A DNA stretch of 64,000 nt. It comes from Hemiscyllium ocellatum (Eukaryota). Where the stretch lies: assembly GCF_020745735.1 (NCBI RefSeq), contig NC_083402.1, positions 8,260,004 through 8,324,003 on the forward strand, in the 5' to 3' direction. The notes below the pieces were generated by a model. The model did no database searches. It had not been told where the DNA came from and saw only the letters and a program-made list of their open reading frames with translations. Every line of letters begins with the position of its first letter. The first letter of the stretch is position 1. Made by a program: the position numbers and the translations under genes. Shown piece by piece: positions 12,220-25,525 of the stretch.

Positions 12220-13630
12220 ATGGAAAGGTGCAGGTATATACTGCAGGGCAAGAGTTATAGCTGGGGGAAAGGCAATGAGGCAAGATTTATGAAGCATAAG
12301 ATGGGGAAAGAAACTGCAGGGAATGGTCATAATTGAAATGTGGAGCCTGTTCAAGGAACAGCTCCTACGTGTCCTTGATAAGGATGTACCTGTCAGGCAG
12401 GGAGGACGTGGTCATGCCTCACAAACCTTATTGAGTTCTTTGGGATGGCGACCAAACATGTGGATGAGGATAAAGTCGTTGATGTGGTATATATAGATTT
12501 CAGTAAAGTGTTTAATAAAGATCCCCATGGTTGGCTATTGCAAAATACAGGGAGGCATGGGATTGAGGGTGATTTAGCAGTTTGGATCAGAAATTAGCTA
12601 GCTGAAAGAAGAGAGGGGAAGGTGGTTGATGGGAAATGTTCATCCTGGTGTTCAGTTAGGAGTGGTGTACTGCAAGGATCTGTTTTGGGGCCACTACTGT
12701 TTGTCATTTTTATAAATGACTTGGATGAGGGTGTAGAAGGATGGGTAAGTGTATTTGCAGATGGCACTAAAGTCAGAGGAGTTGTGTACATTGCTGAAGG
12801 ATGTTGTAGGTACAGAGGGACATAGATAAACCGCAGAGGTGGGCTGAAATGTGGCAAATGGAGTTTGATGAGGAAAAGTGTGAGGTGATTCACTTCGGAA
12901 GGAGTAATAGGAATACAGAGTACTGGGCTATTGGTTAGATTCTTGGTAATGTGGATGAGCAGAGAAATCTCGATGCCGATGTGCATTATCGCTGAAAGTT
13001 GCCACCCAGATTGATATTTTTTAAGAAGGCTTACAGTGTGTTAGATTTAATTGGGAGAGGGATTGTGTTTCAGAACAAGAGGTCATGTTGCAGCTGAACA
13101 AAACTCTGGTGCTGCCACACTTGGAGTATTGCATACAGGTCTTGTCAGTACATTATAGGAAGGATGTGGAAGCTTTGGAAAGGGTTCAGAGGAGATTTAC
13201 TAAGATATTGCCAGGTATGGAGGGAAGATCTTATGAGGAAAGGCTGAGGGACTTGAGGCTGTTTTCGTTAGTGAGAAGATGGTTAAGAGGTGACTAAGAG
13301 AGAATACAAGATGATCAAAGGATTAGATAAGGTGGACAGTGAGAGTCTTTTCCCTCGGATGGTGATGGCTAGCACGTGGGGACATAGCTTTAAACTGAGG
13401 GCTGATCGATAGAGGACAGATGTCAGAGGTAGGTTCTTTACTCAGAGAGTAGGAAGGGCACGGAATGCCCCATCTGCAACAGTAATAGACTGACCAACTT
13501 GAAGGGGTATTAAATGGTTATTGGTAAATATATGGATGATAATGGAATAGTGTAGGTTAGATGGGCTTCAGGTTGGTGCAACATTGAGGGCCGAAGGGCC
13601 TGTACTGCACTGTATTGTTCTGTGTTCTAC
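12220..13630 (+). mobile_element. CR1 LINE fragment(s)
   Basis: [36 protein letters not shown] motifs. 3' tail gggccgaagggcctgtactgc. Confidence 0.85.
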
Positions 13631-14689
13631 GTTTTAAAGATGTAGTAGAAACTACCAGCAGCTTAACAAATAAAGTTAAAAAATTTCAACTTTGGGCTCT
13701 TTATCCCTGTCCGGAAAAACATTCAAAAAATGAAAGGAGTTGGGGTCACATTGTTCATAAAGGAGGGTATCAGTGTGGTGATGAGGAGTGATACAAGTAC
13801 AAGAATTCATGATGTGGAATCGGTTTAGGTGGAAATTCGGAATATCAGGGGAAAGGAATTACTGGTATGAGTTGTTTATTGGCCGCGGAAAAGTTGTTTC
13901 ACTGCAGGATAAATTATAAACCAGGAAATAGGAGAGGGGTGCAACAAAGGTACGACAATGGTCATGGGTGATTTTCATCTGAATATTGACTTGACAAATC
14001 AGATCAGCGAGGATAACAAGGAGAATGAATGTGTAAAATGCAGAAAGGATGGTTTTTTAGAAAAGCCAGTTGCAAAATCTGCCTGGTAATAGGCTATTTT
14101 AGATCTACTAATGTGTAATAAGGGAAGATTATGAAGCATTTCTGTAATTGAGGATGCTCTCGGGCGATCACAACATTGTAGAATTTCAAATCAGCTTGGG
14201 TCTAAGAATTGTGTCCTCAACTTCAGTGAAGTCAACCACAGAGGTTTGAAGAAAAGGAAAACCCACAACTTGTAAAAATTATTTGGATGAAAACTTGTGG
14301 TGTCATAACATTCAAGGCTATTGGCCGAGTGCAGGAAAGTGGGACTTGTGTTGGTGGAATATATTTTGGTAGTCCAGTCTTAATGGGCTGAAGGGCCACT
14401 TCTGCACCGTCTGATTCTGTGATTCTAAACCAACTGCAGATGCCAATAAAGATCGTAAAGGTGGAGACAATTGGGATGACAGTAACTGGACAAGCAATAG
14501 GGAAACTAACAGCAATCGTTGCTCTGGGCATATACAGAGAAAGAAAATAATTGTGGAACTGCGTGAGGGAGAAAGTTGGGAATTTAAAACATGGAACAGG
14601 GAAATGGCAGATAATTTAGAGTTACATGGTGATCTGCTCATAGAATTTAACAGCACAGAGGGCCATTCTGTCCATTGGGTCTGTGCTGG

Positions 14690-15140
14690 TCACCTATCTA
14701 TTCTAATCCGATTATCTAGCACTTGCCCTCATATACCTCATGACCAGCCTGTTGATATTTTCTTTCTGCCCAAGGCTATCCTCCTCATTATTTATCACCC
14801 CACCAAGTTGTTTAGACTCTGTGAACATGTTGATCAATCTGCCTACATATAAGTTTATATCATTGATATAAACCACAGACAGCAAGGGTCCCAACACCTA
14901 CCCCGGTGGGCCTCCAGTGGACACAAACACCCAGTCGGAAAAAGGTCCCTCATCCTTCATCTTCTACTGCCTGCCAGTGAGAAAATTGTGGATCCAATTT
15001 CCCAAATGTCCTTGGATCCCATGGGCTCTGACCTTTGCTGTCAGTCTCCCATGTGGAGATTGATAAAAGCCTTGCTGAAGTCCAAGTAGACAACATCAAA
15101 ATCACTGCCTCATCTGCACACCTGGTCTTGGCTTCAAACA
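14690..15140 (-). mobile_element. Degenerate CR1 RT fragment
   Basis: The minus strand reads LGPLLSVVYINDIN and DFSKAF-like sequence. Confidence 0.65.
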
Positions 15141-15789
15141 AATTCAATTATGTTGGTCAGATATAAGACCATAGGATATTGGAGTAGAGCTAAGCCATTT
15201 GACCAATCAAGTCTGCTCTGTTTGCGATCATGGCTGATATGTTCCTCAAACACATTCTCTGCCTTCTCCCCATAACACACTTGAACCCCTGACTAATCAA
15301 GAACCCTGTCAGAAATACACTCAATGACTTGGCCTCCACAGCCCTCTGCAGCAATGAGTTCCACAGAATTCTCACCACAGGCTGAAGAAATTCTTCCTCA
15401 TCTCAAATCTAATCCTGCACTCTGCGGCTGTGCCCCTGGGTCCTCATCTCTCCCCCGAGTAGAAACATCTTCACGTTCATGATATCCAGGCCTCTCAGTA
15501 TTCTGTAAGTTTCAATCAGATCCCCCTCATCCTCCTAAACTCCCTTGAGTACAGACCCAGAATCTGTACTCATCATAACAAGTCTTCGTCCCCTGGATCA
15601 TTCTTGTAACTTCCTCGATCTCTTCCAATGCCAACAGCTCCATCCTCAGATATGGGGCCCAAAACTGCTGTCAGTATTCCAAATGTAGTTTGGCCAGATA
15701 TAGCCTTATACAGCACAGGCAATACACCCCCTAGCCTTGTATTTACACCCTCTCGAATGTTTTCTGAACTGCCAACTGAACTTAGAACT

Positions 15790-17225
15790 TAGAACATAGA
15801 ACATAAAAAAGTACAGGACAGAACAGGCCCTTCGGCCCACAATGTTGTGCCAAGGTTTAATCCTAATTTAAATTATAATAACTTCACCTACACATCCCTC
15901 AACTCACGGCTATGCATGTTCATATCCAGCAGTCGCTTAAATGTCCCTAATGACTCTGCTTCCACCACCACCACCACTGGAAATGCATTCCATGCATTTG
16001 CAACTCTCTGTGTAAAGAATCTACCTCTGACATCTCCTCAATACCTTTCTGCTAATACCTTATAACTATGACCCTTTGTACCAGTCAATCCTGCCCTGGG
16101 GAGAAGTCTCTGGCTGTTCCTCTCATTATCTTGTACACCTCGATCAGGTCTCCTTTCATCCTCCTTCTCTCAGAGAGAAAAGTCTGAGCTTGTTCAACCT
16201 TTCTTCATAAGGCAAGCTCTCCGGTACAGGCAGCATCCTGGTAAATCTTCTTTGCACTCTTTCCAAAGCCTCTGCATCTTTCCTATAGTAGGCTGACCAG
16301 AACTGGACACAATATTCCAAGTGTGGTCTCACCAGGGACTTGTAGAGCTGTAGCAAAACCTTACAGCTCTTAAACTCAATCTCCCTGTTAATGAAAGCCG
16401 AGACACCATATGCTTTCTTAACAACCCTATCCACTTAGTGGGCGGCACGGTGGCACAGTGGGTGGGCGGCACGGTGGCACAGTGTGGGCGGCACGGTGGC
16501 ACAGTAGTGGGCGGCACGGTGGCACAGTGGTTAGCACTGCTGCCTCACAGCGCCTGAAGACCCGGGTTCAATTCCCGACTCAGGCGACTGACTGTGTGGA
16601 GTTTGCACGTTCTCCCCGTGTCAGCGTGGGTTTCCTCCGGGTGCTCCGGTTTCCTCCCACAGTCCAAAGATGTGCGGGTCAGGTGAATTGGCCACGCTAA
16701 ATTGCCCGTAGTGTTAGGTAAGGGGTAAATGTTGGGGTATGGGTGGGTTTCGCTTCGGCGGGTCGGTGTGGACTTGTTGGGCCGAAGGGCCTGTTTCCAC
16801 ACTGTAAATCTAATCTAAATCTAATCTAATCTAATCTAATCTTATCACTTGGGTGGCAACTTTGAGGGATCTATGTACTTGCACATCCAGATCCCTCTGT
16901 TCCTCTACACTGCCAAGAATACTGTCTTTAATCCTATTCTCATTATTTGAGTTCAACCTTCCAAAATGCATCACTTCGCATTTATCCAGGTTGAACTCCA
17001 TCTGCTATTTCTCAGCCCAGATCTGCAGCCTGTAATAATGTTCAATATTATCAACGGCACCTCTAAACTTTATGTCACCTGCAAATTTACTAATCCACCC
17101 CTCAACCTCCTCATCCAAGTCATTTATAAAAACTGCAAAGTACAGAGCCCTGGGGGACCCCACTCATCATTGTCTTCCAGGCAGAATACTTTCCGTTGAC
17201 AGCCACTCTCTGCCTTCTGTTAGCC
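15790..17225 (-). mobile_element. CR1 LINE 3' part, with a SINE nested inside
   Basis: The minus strand reads LYKSLVRPHLEYCVQFWS. CR1 tail complement (agaacatagaac...acaggcccttcggccc) at ~15790. Confidence 0.85.
16438..16845 (+). mobile_element. HE1-type tRNA-derived SINE with 4 tandem copies of its 5' head
   Basis: A-box tggcacagtgg, B-box gggttcaattccc, central gtgtggagtttgcacgttctccccgtg, CR1-like tail gggccgaagggcctgtttcc and (taatc)n tail. Confidence 0.88.
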
Positions 17226-17239
17226 AAACAGGGTTCAGA

Positions 17240-18110
17240 GACACTGTGCTCCTGTTAGAGTGAAAGGTAAGGCCAGTAAAATGAGGGAACAATGGATGAA
17301 TAAATATATTGAGGCTCTGGTTAAGAATATGAACGAGTCATGTATTAGGTGTCGACAACTGGGATCAAGTGAATCTTTTGAAGAATATAAGGGCGATCGG
17401 GGCATTCTTATGAGGGATATCAGGAAGGCAAAAAGTGGACATCAGATAACCTCAGCAGATAAGGCTGAGGACAAGCCAAAGATATTCTACAACGTCATTA
17501 GAAGCCAGAGAGCATCCAGGGAGGGAAGAGGGCCTCTTCAAGATCAATGAGGTCATCTATGTGTAGAACCAGAGGAGAGGGGGAGATATTCTAAACAAAT
17601 AGTTTGCATCAGTTTTGACTGTGGAGAAAGAAATTGACGCAAGGGAGATTAAGGGCTACGGGGAGAACGCTGGTAAGTGGAGTTGAAATGCCCATCAGCC
17701 ATGATTGAATGGCGGAGTGGACTCGATGGGCCGAATGGCCTTACTTCCACTCCTATGTCTTATGGTCTTATGGTCTTAACTCGGGCAAATAAATATTGAT
17801 GTCTTGAAAGCAATTCACTTTACTGAAGAGGAAATGTTGGAGGTCTTGAAAAACATAAAAGTGGCTTTGTGCAGGGGAAATCATGTGTCACAAACTTGAC
17901 TGAGTTTTTTGAAAATGTAACCAAAAGACCAGTGAGGGCAGAGGGGGAGATATTGTTTACATGAACTTGTGTAAAGCTGTTGTCAAAGTTCCACATGGTG
18001 GACTAATTAGTGAAGTTAGGTGGCATGGGATTCAGGGAGAGAATACCAGTTGGATACAAAATTTGCTTGATGCTAAGAGACAGAGTGTTGTGATGGGGGT
18101 TTGTTTTTAC
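17240..18110 (+). mobile_element. CR1 fragments (nested)
   Basis: CR1 ORF2-like remnants (KPKIFY, KVPHGGL, WIQNLL), with a CR1 3'-end piece with (ttatggtc)n at ~17640-17780. Confidence 0.7.
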
Positions 18111-19172
18111 ATTGGACCATGTGACCTCATTTTAAGAACATTCTAAGATATCATCCATCTTATGTCAGTGAGTAACTCCTTCATCAATGTTGCAACACCC
18201 TCTCCTCTTTGACATTCCCCCTACCCCTACATGCCTCATCTCACAGTTCGATAGCCCAGAACATTGTGCTGTCAATCCTGTCACACCCTCAACCATGTCT
18301 GTGTGATAACAACAATATCTCATCCTCATTCATTAATCTACACCCTCAGCTCATCTGCCTGACTCACAAGTAAATGCCATCCAGCCATGCCTCACTCCCT
18401 TATGCCCTCACTTGACGATATTCACACTGCCTTCTGGATTTACTTGGATTGCCATCTCACCGTCAGTTAGCTCAGTTGGCTGGACAGTTGGTCTGTGATG
18501 TGGAGTGATGCCAACAAGGGATGTTTAATTCCCATATTGTCTGAGGTGACCATGAAAATCCAATCTTCTCAACCTTGCCCCTTGTCTGAGGCAGAGTGAC
18601 CCTGAGGTTAAATCATTACCAGTCATAACTTCCTTTAATGAGACAGGAGTTCTCTCGCACAATGATGAGTTTACTTTTTTCCTTCAGTTTACTTTTTTCC
18701 ATCTTCATGTCTCTCTGTATCCACCCCTGCCCCCCACTCAATGCTTCCACTGCATCCCCCATCCCTCTGCTACGCCTGATGAATGAGCCAGGTTGCTGAA
18801 GGCTGGCTCGGTAATAGAGTAGAAAGCGATGGGAAATAGAAAAGGTTCCGCAGGGAGGGCCCTGAGTCCTGCTCTTCAGATCACTCTGGGTCTCCTGGAA
18901 CAATGGAGAGTTCAGAAAACTCTCAGGCACCAAACCCTCTCTTCAACCAACAGCAACAAACACCCACAGTCTCACCTCAGGATGTTTACAAACCACCTGA
19001 AGACCTGTGTTGTATCCAGCCCGGAGTTCATTCCACACTGTCACTAGTCTGTTCAGGAATCACAATTGTATCATATTTTATCTTTTCTCACAAAATAACA
19101 GATTCAGTGTTTTACCTCACTGTTTGGTGTCTGTGCTGTGTTCATATCCTCTCTCTCTCTCTCCTCCCACAG

Positions 19173-19559
19173 CGGATTCTGCTAATGGTTGGTCAATGAC
19201 AATCGCGGATGGAGTGAGGGCTGAGGAAGGAGGCTCCGCTGTCTTACCCTGCAGCTTCACCCACCCTGACGCTCACCTCACACTTACCGGCTCCATCTTA
19301 TGGCACAAGGCGGAAACACAGGCTTTAATCTTTAAGTGTACATATCCTGGTCCAGACCATTCCCAGGGTGAGCTGTGTGAGAATGTGAGACAGCGGGATG
19401 GTAGGAATCGATTCAGATTCGTGGGGAACCTCAGCAACAAAGATGCCTCAATAATGATGGAGGGACTGAACCAGGAGGATGCTGGTTCCTATCGGTGTCG
19501 TGTGGAGCTCAATATTAACAATTTTGGATCTGGAAAAGGAACACGCCTGGAAGTGGAAG
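19173..19559 (+). CDS. SIGLEC15-like: V-set Ig exon A1, Siglec-15-like, sialic-acid-binding Arg retained
   Basis: Acceptor (ct)n-cccacag|, donor G|GTGAGG, 387 nt, phase 1-1. WSMT..VRAEEGGSAVLPCSFTHP, IFKC..ELCE, RFRFVGN, DAGSYRCRVEL, GTRLEV align by eye with Siglec-15 (WSMQ..AEAGDAAVLPCTFTHP, VFRC..ELCQ, RFRLLGN, YFCRVEF). Arg codon at 19499-19501. Confidence 0.88.
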
Positions 19560-19726
19560 GTGAGGAACAATGTTCGGATGGTGTCACTGTCCTGACAGCT
19601 CAATGGGGACAGGCTCCACCAGGTCCGGGAGCTCTCGGGTTGGGTCCTTCTCCTGGGCTCTTCCAGTTGGTCTCAGGCAGGAGGCAGTGAGAAGGACAGA
19701 GAGAGAGACACACACAAAGAGGGGGG

Positions 19727-19764
<38 letters not shown>

Positions 19765-21254
19765 TGACTGGGATTTAGAGACCATTCCATCACCATTTTT
19801 GAAACCTCCCACAGTCACACTCATTCATTATCACGGTCAAACTGGCTTCATTGCTCTGGGATGGGGAACAGAGAAAACATCACTGACAATCCAAGCTCCA
19901 AGATCCCCATCAATGAGTGTCCAGCTTTATCAGCATTGGGTGAGGACAAGAGAGACCTGGCACCTCCTGAGCCCTCATTGGATGAGCTCATCTCAGGGTG
20001 AAGGAACCCTCAGCTCACATTGGCCAAGAACCTCACTGTTGCTATCCTCCACCTCTACTGGCTGAGGAGATAATGGGGGGAGCTGTCCTTGCCAGAGGCT
20101 AATGTCCTGGGGATTGTGGCAGATTGTGAAATTTGAAATTGAAAATATTTAGAACTGAAAACTAGTCTAATAATGACTGTGTAACCATCACCATTAAAAA
20201 AGAATCTGCGTTAATCATGTCCTTTTGGGAGGGAAATCGGCTAACCTTACCTGATCTGACCTAGATGTGACTCCATACCCACAGTTATGTGGTTAACTAT
20301 TAACTGCCCCTCAGTTGTGGATAAAGAGTGAACCCAGGAGTGCAAATGAAACTGTGGCTACAAGAGCAGGTCACAGGCTAACAATCCTATGAATTAATAC
20401 ACCTCCTGACTCCAAAGCTTATTGGCCAGTCAGGAGTGTGATGAAATACTTCCCACTTGCCTGGAACAGTGCAGGAAAATATATCACTGTTCTGTCATTA
20501 TTACTGGGTCAAAATCCTGGAAATCCCACCCTCATATCACTGTGGTAAGAAAAATAACTATAAAATGCACCGCAGCAAGACAGCAACATTTCTCCACCAG
20601 CACCTTCCAAAGTAGGGACCTTGAAGACCTCAGTGAAAAATAACATCAGATACAGGCCATCCTGATGTGGAACTATCTTTTCATTGTCCAAGGGGATGTG
20701 GGTGTTCCATGCACAGTCAGCCTTTATTGGCCAGCCCTGGAGAAGGGAATGGTGAGCTGCCTTCTTGAACTGCTGTATTCCCTCAGCTGCAGACACATTC
20801 ATGATACGGTTGGTAAAGGATTTCCAAGGCTTTGTCCCAGTGACACTGAAGGAATGATGAAATATTCCCCAATCAGGATGGTGAGTGTCTTGGAGGGAAG
20901 CTTGTAGGTGGAGATGTTCTCCTGTATCCCATGTTCATCAGTGAACAACCATCCCCATTGCTGACCTGATCGTGGAGGGAGGGGCAATGATGATGCAGCG
21001 AAAGATGGTTAGACCAAGGACACACTAACCTGAGGAACTCCTGTAGAGATGTTCTGGAGCTGAGATGACTGAACTCCAAGAACAACAACAATTAGCGTTG
21101 AGGTTAGAATATAGAACATAAAACATAGAACAATATAACACAGAACAGGCCCTTCGGCCCTCGATATTGTGCTGATATGTGAACTATTGTCAGTTCATCC
21201 CCCTACACTATCCCATCATCATCCATGTGCTGATCAAAGGATTGTTTAAATCTC

Positions 21255-24200
21255 CTTTAGAATTGGATCTAACCAGGGACATGGGGAAGCTGAAATTGTA
21301 AGGGAGTTAGTCAAGCACTTTGGTGTGTCAGAGAAACAGAGAAGTGCAGGAGAGTTAGAAACATTTAGTTTACAAATGAGGAAAATGGAGTTAGAAGGTA
21401 AAGAAAAGGAAAGAAGAGCCATGAGAGAAGAAAAGAAGAGAGAGAGAAGAAAGAAACAAAGAGAGATAGAATAAATGGAGGGAAACAGACAGAGAGAGAG
21501 AGAGATAAAGAGAAGAAAGGGAGAGAGAAAGAGTGAAGAAAGAGAAAGGAAAAAGAAAGAGAGAGAGAGAGAGTGAAAAAGAAAGAGAGAGAATGTTGTT
21601 AGCAGAACAAAGAGAGAGCGAAGAAAGAGAAAGAGAAAGGGAGAGAGAATTTGAACTTTGGAAGTGGTGAATGAGTCAGGAAAGCCAAGTTAACAGGATG
21701 GAGATGAAGAGTGAAGATCGTGATATATACAAATACATCAAACCTCTGCTACATTTTGATGAGAAAGATGTGGAAGCCTTTTTAATTTATTAGACAATTT
21801 TGCTCGGCAAAGGAAGTGGTCAGGGAACCTCTGTGTAATGCTAGTTCAGAATAAGCTGGTAGGCAGAGCTAGTGAGGTATTTGCAGTGCTGTCAGATGAG
21901 GGGTCAAGAGATTATGAAGATGTCAAACATGCTACTTTGAGTGCTTATGAATTGGTACCAGAAATATATAGACAGTGGTTCAGAAATATAAAGAAGGAAC
22001 CAAGTCAGACTTGTATTGAGTTTGAAAGAGTTAATCAGTCATTTTGATAGATGGGTACGTGCTTTAAAGATAGATAAGACCTTTGAGGCTCTAGGAGAGA
22101 TTATTCTGCTGACGAGTTTAAAAACTCACATCACTCAACTTGCACCAGATTGTGTTGCTGGTAGCATACAGACAGGAGATGTTCCATGGAACACATGAAC
22201 TACCAGTAGGAGGTCACCTCAGTGTAAGGAAGACTCAGACAAAGGTACATAAGCCGTTGTATTGGCCTGGGATGCACAAAGATGTTGTTAACTTTTGCTG
22301 TACATGTCAGACAAACCAAGTGGTTGGTGAGCCAAAGCAGTGAACCCAACACCTTTGTTGCCAGTTCCCACATTTGAAGAACCTTTCATGTGGGTTAAGA
22401 TGATGTAGGTTCCCTCCCTATAACTATAAGTGGGAACCAGTACTTGCTAACCATAATGGGTGTATCTCCCAGATTTCCGGATGTAATTCCATTACGGAGC
22501 ATGAAGGCAAAATGGGTGGTAGAGGAGTTAGTAGCTTTCTTCACTTGGTATGAGCTACCCAGAGAGATTCAGTCAGACCATTGTCTCATTTTATGGCTCA
22601 GCTGTTTAAAGAAGTCATGGATAGATGAGGCATACAGCACATTAAACCAAGTGCATATCATCCTGAAACTCAGGGAGCTTTGGAAAGGTGGCATCAGACC
22701 CTGAAGCCCATGTTAAGAATGTGCTGTCAGGATTACCTGAATGATTGGGATGAAGGTATCCCATTCATATTGTTTGCCATTAGAGATGGCTCAAATGAAT
22801 CTACTCAGTTCACTCCCTTTGAGTTAATATTCGGACATGAAGTGAGAGGTAAATTGAAATTAATTAAAGAAAAATTGACAGGACTGAAGACGGAGGTCAC
22901 ACACATGGACTATGTATCAGGGATGAGAGAGAGATTAAATCAGGCAGGTGAGTTAGCTAAACAGCACTGAAAGAGGGTGCAGTGTAGATTGAAGCAGGTG
23001 GCAGCTAAAAACTCCAGAATTCAGTAATTTTCCCATGGGGATGATGTGTTAGTATTGTTACCGATGACAGGATATGCTTTCAAAGTCAGGTTCAGTGGTC
23101 CCTGACAAATTGAGAAAAAAGTTGAGTCAGGTAAACTATCTGGTAAAGATGCTGGACAGGAAAAACATTGTATTGGGTATGTCATGTGAATATGTTGAAA
23201 CATTATTATAATAGAGAGGGGGAACTGGAGGATCAGGTGTTAGTTACTGCCCCACAGAGTGAGGAATCAAATCTCATGTTGTGCAGTTTGATTGCCTTAA
23301 AATACATGAAACAATGAAGAAGTCCTTGAGGAGGGGGATAGGTTAGTGAACAATCTGTCCCAGTAACAAAGAACCAGCTGAAAGGATTGGTGCAGCAATA
23401 TAAGGACATATGCAGGAATAAGATGGAGAGGCCTGATCCTATTGTGCATGAGGTAGAAGTAGGGAATGCTGTTCCAATAAAACAACACACCTACAGGCTT
23501 AATCCTTTCAACGCCACACAGATCCAGAAGAAGTGGATGCAATGCTCAATGAAGCTATCATCAAACCGAGTCAAAGCAAGTGTAGTTCGATGATTGTGTT
23601 AGTTGCCAAACCTGATGGGATTCAACAATTTTGCATGGACCATTGGAAGGTCAAGTCCATTACAAAATCAGACTCAGACCAATACTAATACTCTCCTTCT
23701 TTATGGTCATTTAAGCGGGCATTGGATAGGCATTTGGAAGTTATTGGGCTAGTATAGGTTAGGTAGGATTCGGTCGGCGCAACATCGAGGGCCGAAGGGC
23801 CTGTACTGCGCTGTATCCTTCTATGTTCTATGTTCTATGTTCTATTTGAGGACTGTATGGAGAAAGTTTAACAAGCCCCTTACATCACAAAGTTGGACTT
23901 ACTTTTTGGGTATTGTCATCCCTTTATCAGAGAAAGTGAAATAAATTCCTGCGTTTGTCACCCCAAATGGGTTCTGTCAATTCAAAGTGCTGCCCTTTGG
24001 AATGAAGAACACACCCAGCCACATTTAAAAAGCTCGTGAACAGAGGTGTGGCTGTGTTAACAAACTGTGCAGTATATCTGGATGTTGCAGTGATCTTTAG
24101 TGAGTCATGGAAAGATCACATGGTACAGTTGGCACACAGCTCTTTGAACGATTAAGAGAAGCAAAATGGTAATAAAATTAAAGAAAACACAATTTGCGAA

Positions 24201-25525
24201 GGCAGAGGAGACATTATTGGGAGATAACATCGGTCATGAAAGGTTGACCCTCAGGAATGCAAAGACAAAGACCATCGAGGAATTTCCACAAACAACCTCA
24301 AAGAAAGAAGTGCTTTGATTTTGGGGACTAAGTGGATTCTATTGGAAGTTTGTTCCAAATGTCAGCAGGGTAGTGACTTCACTCACGGATTTCCTGAAGA
24401 AGAACACAACAATTCGGTGGATGGAACAATGCCAGGAGGCACTTGACAATGTAAGAGTTGTATTAACCGTGGCTCCAGTTTTAGCTGCACCAAATATTGC
24501 ACTCAAAGTAGCAATCGATGCTCATGATATTGGACTTGAGGCTATACTGCTACAGGAAGGTGATGGTGGAATTGAATAGACAGTTGGTTACTTTTCAAAG
24601 AAACTCAACACCCACCAGAGAAAAATATTCTACCATTGAAAAGGAATTATTGAGTTTGGTACTGGCTATACAACATTATCGCAAGTTTAATGGATAAATT
24701 TTAAATAAAATTGAACAGATACCAATGTTATACATATGTGTGAGGAAATTAATATGAACTTAAGTTAATATCCTATGTATTTCATTGTCATGGGGTTAAG
24801 AATTAGGCAAAAAATGGAGACATCTTTTCATTATGATGGTTCATTTTTTTTCTTTGGGGGTGTTTGTTATGAAGTTGAAGGTGCGTACTGTACCTTTAAG
24901 CGAGAGTGTAAGCTGTTCTGCACTGAGAACGTGCAGGCACCTGTCATGTGACTGACGAGCAGTCTCAGAGTGTACTGGAAAATTGAAAATATGTAACATT
25001 TAGCTGTAAACTAGATACCTCAATTGTTTTGTCCATAATTTGAATCTAATCAATCAGTTTAAATTATGCCCCAGGATACAAAATGAGTTTGAATTTATTG
25101 TTTTTGCCAACTTCGAAACAATGAAACTACCTGATGTTTGGGGTATAAAAAAAAGCAAACATTTTGAAAGTTAGACAGAAAGAAATTGCCATTCAAAACA
25201 TTCTCGATCAAAGGGAGGTTTCTCATATGAAACATCTTTGCAGTGAAAGACAGAAGACAACTCAGGGAGATCTTGAGCTGAAAGAAGAAACACACCAATA
25301 ATAACAGCCACTGTGTGGTCTTGTAATGAAGCTGATGTAATTTTAATACAGGTGCTTATTGGAACAGTAGATTGTTATAGAGTTGGAGACAGATAGCAAG
25401 CGGTTTAGGGAAAGGAGGCTAAGAGTTGGAAATAGTTGTTGTTTAAGGTACACTTTGAGAGTTAAAGAATCCATTTTTTATATAAAAGTGAATTTTGGGA
25501 GTTCTCTGTTCCTCATACTTTAACA
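21255..25525 (+). mobile_element. Degenerate Gypsy LTR retrotransposon with Gmr1-type order (gag/SCAN-like, INT, RT, RNase H) and 3' LTR
   Basis: Gag-like KLVGRASEVFAVL..YELVPEIYRQWF (~21840-22120). Integrase GGHL..YWPGMHKDV..C..CQ, EIQSD, TPFELIFG (22130-22950). RT PIKQHTYRLN, YLD (23450-24150). RNase H AIDAHDIG..LLQ, YFSKKLN (24380-24680). PPT-like tract then TG at 24865; the LTR end (~25525) is uncertain. Confidence 0.85.

Noticed and set aside
16438-16530. Short direct repeats resembling a CRISPR array
   Set aside because: There are no unique spacers, the context is eukaryotic, and the repeats are SINE heads.
18829-18900. MGNRKGSAGRALSPALQITLGLL as a leader for A1/A3
   Set aside because: It has a poor hydrophobic core and no credible donor site.
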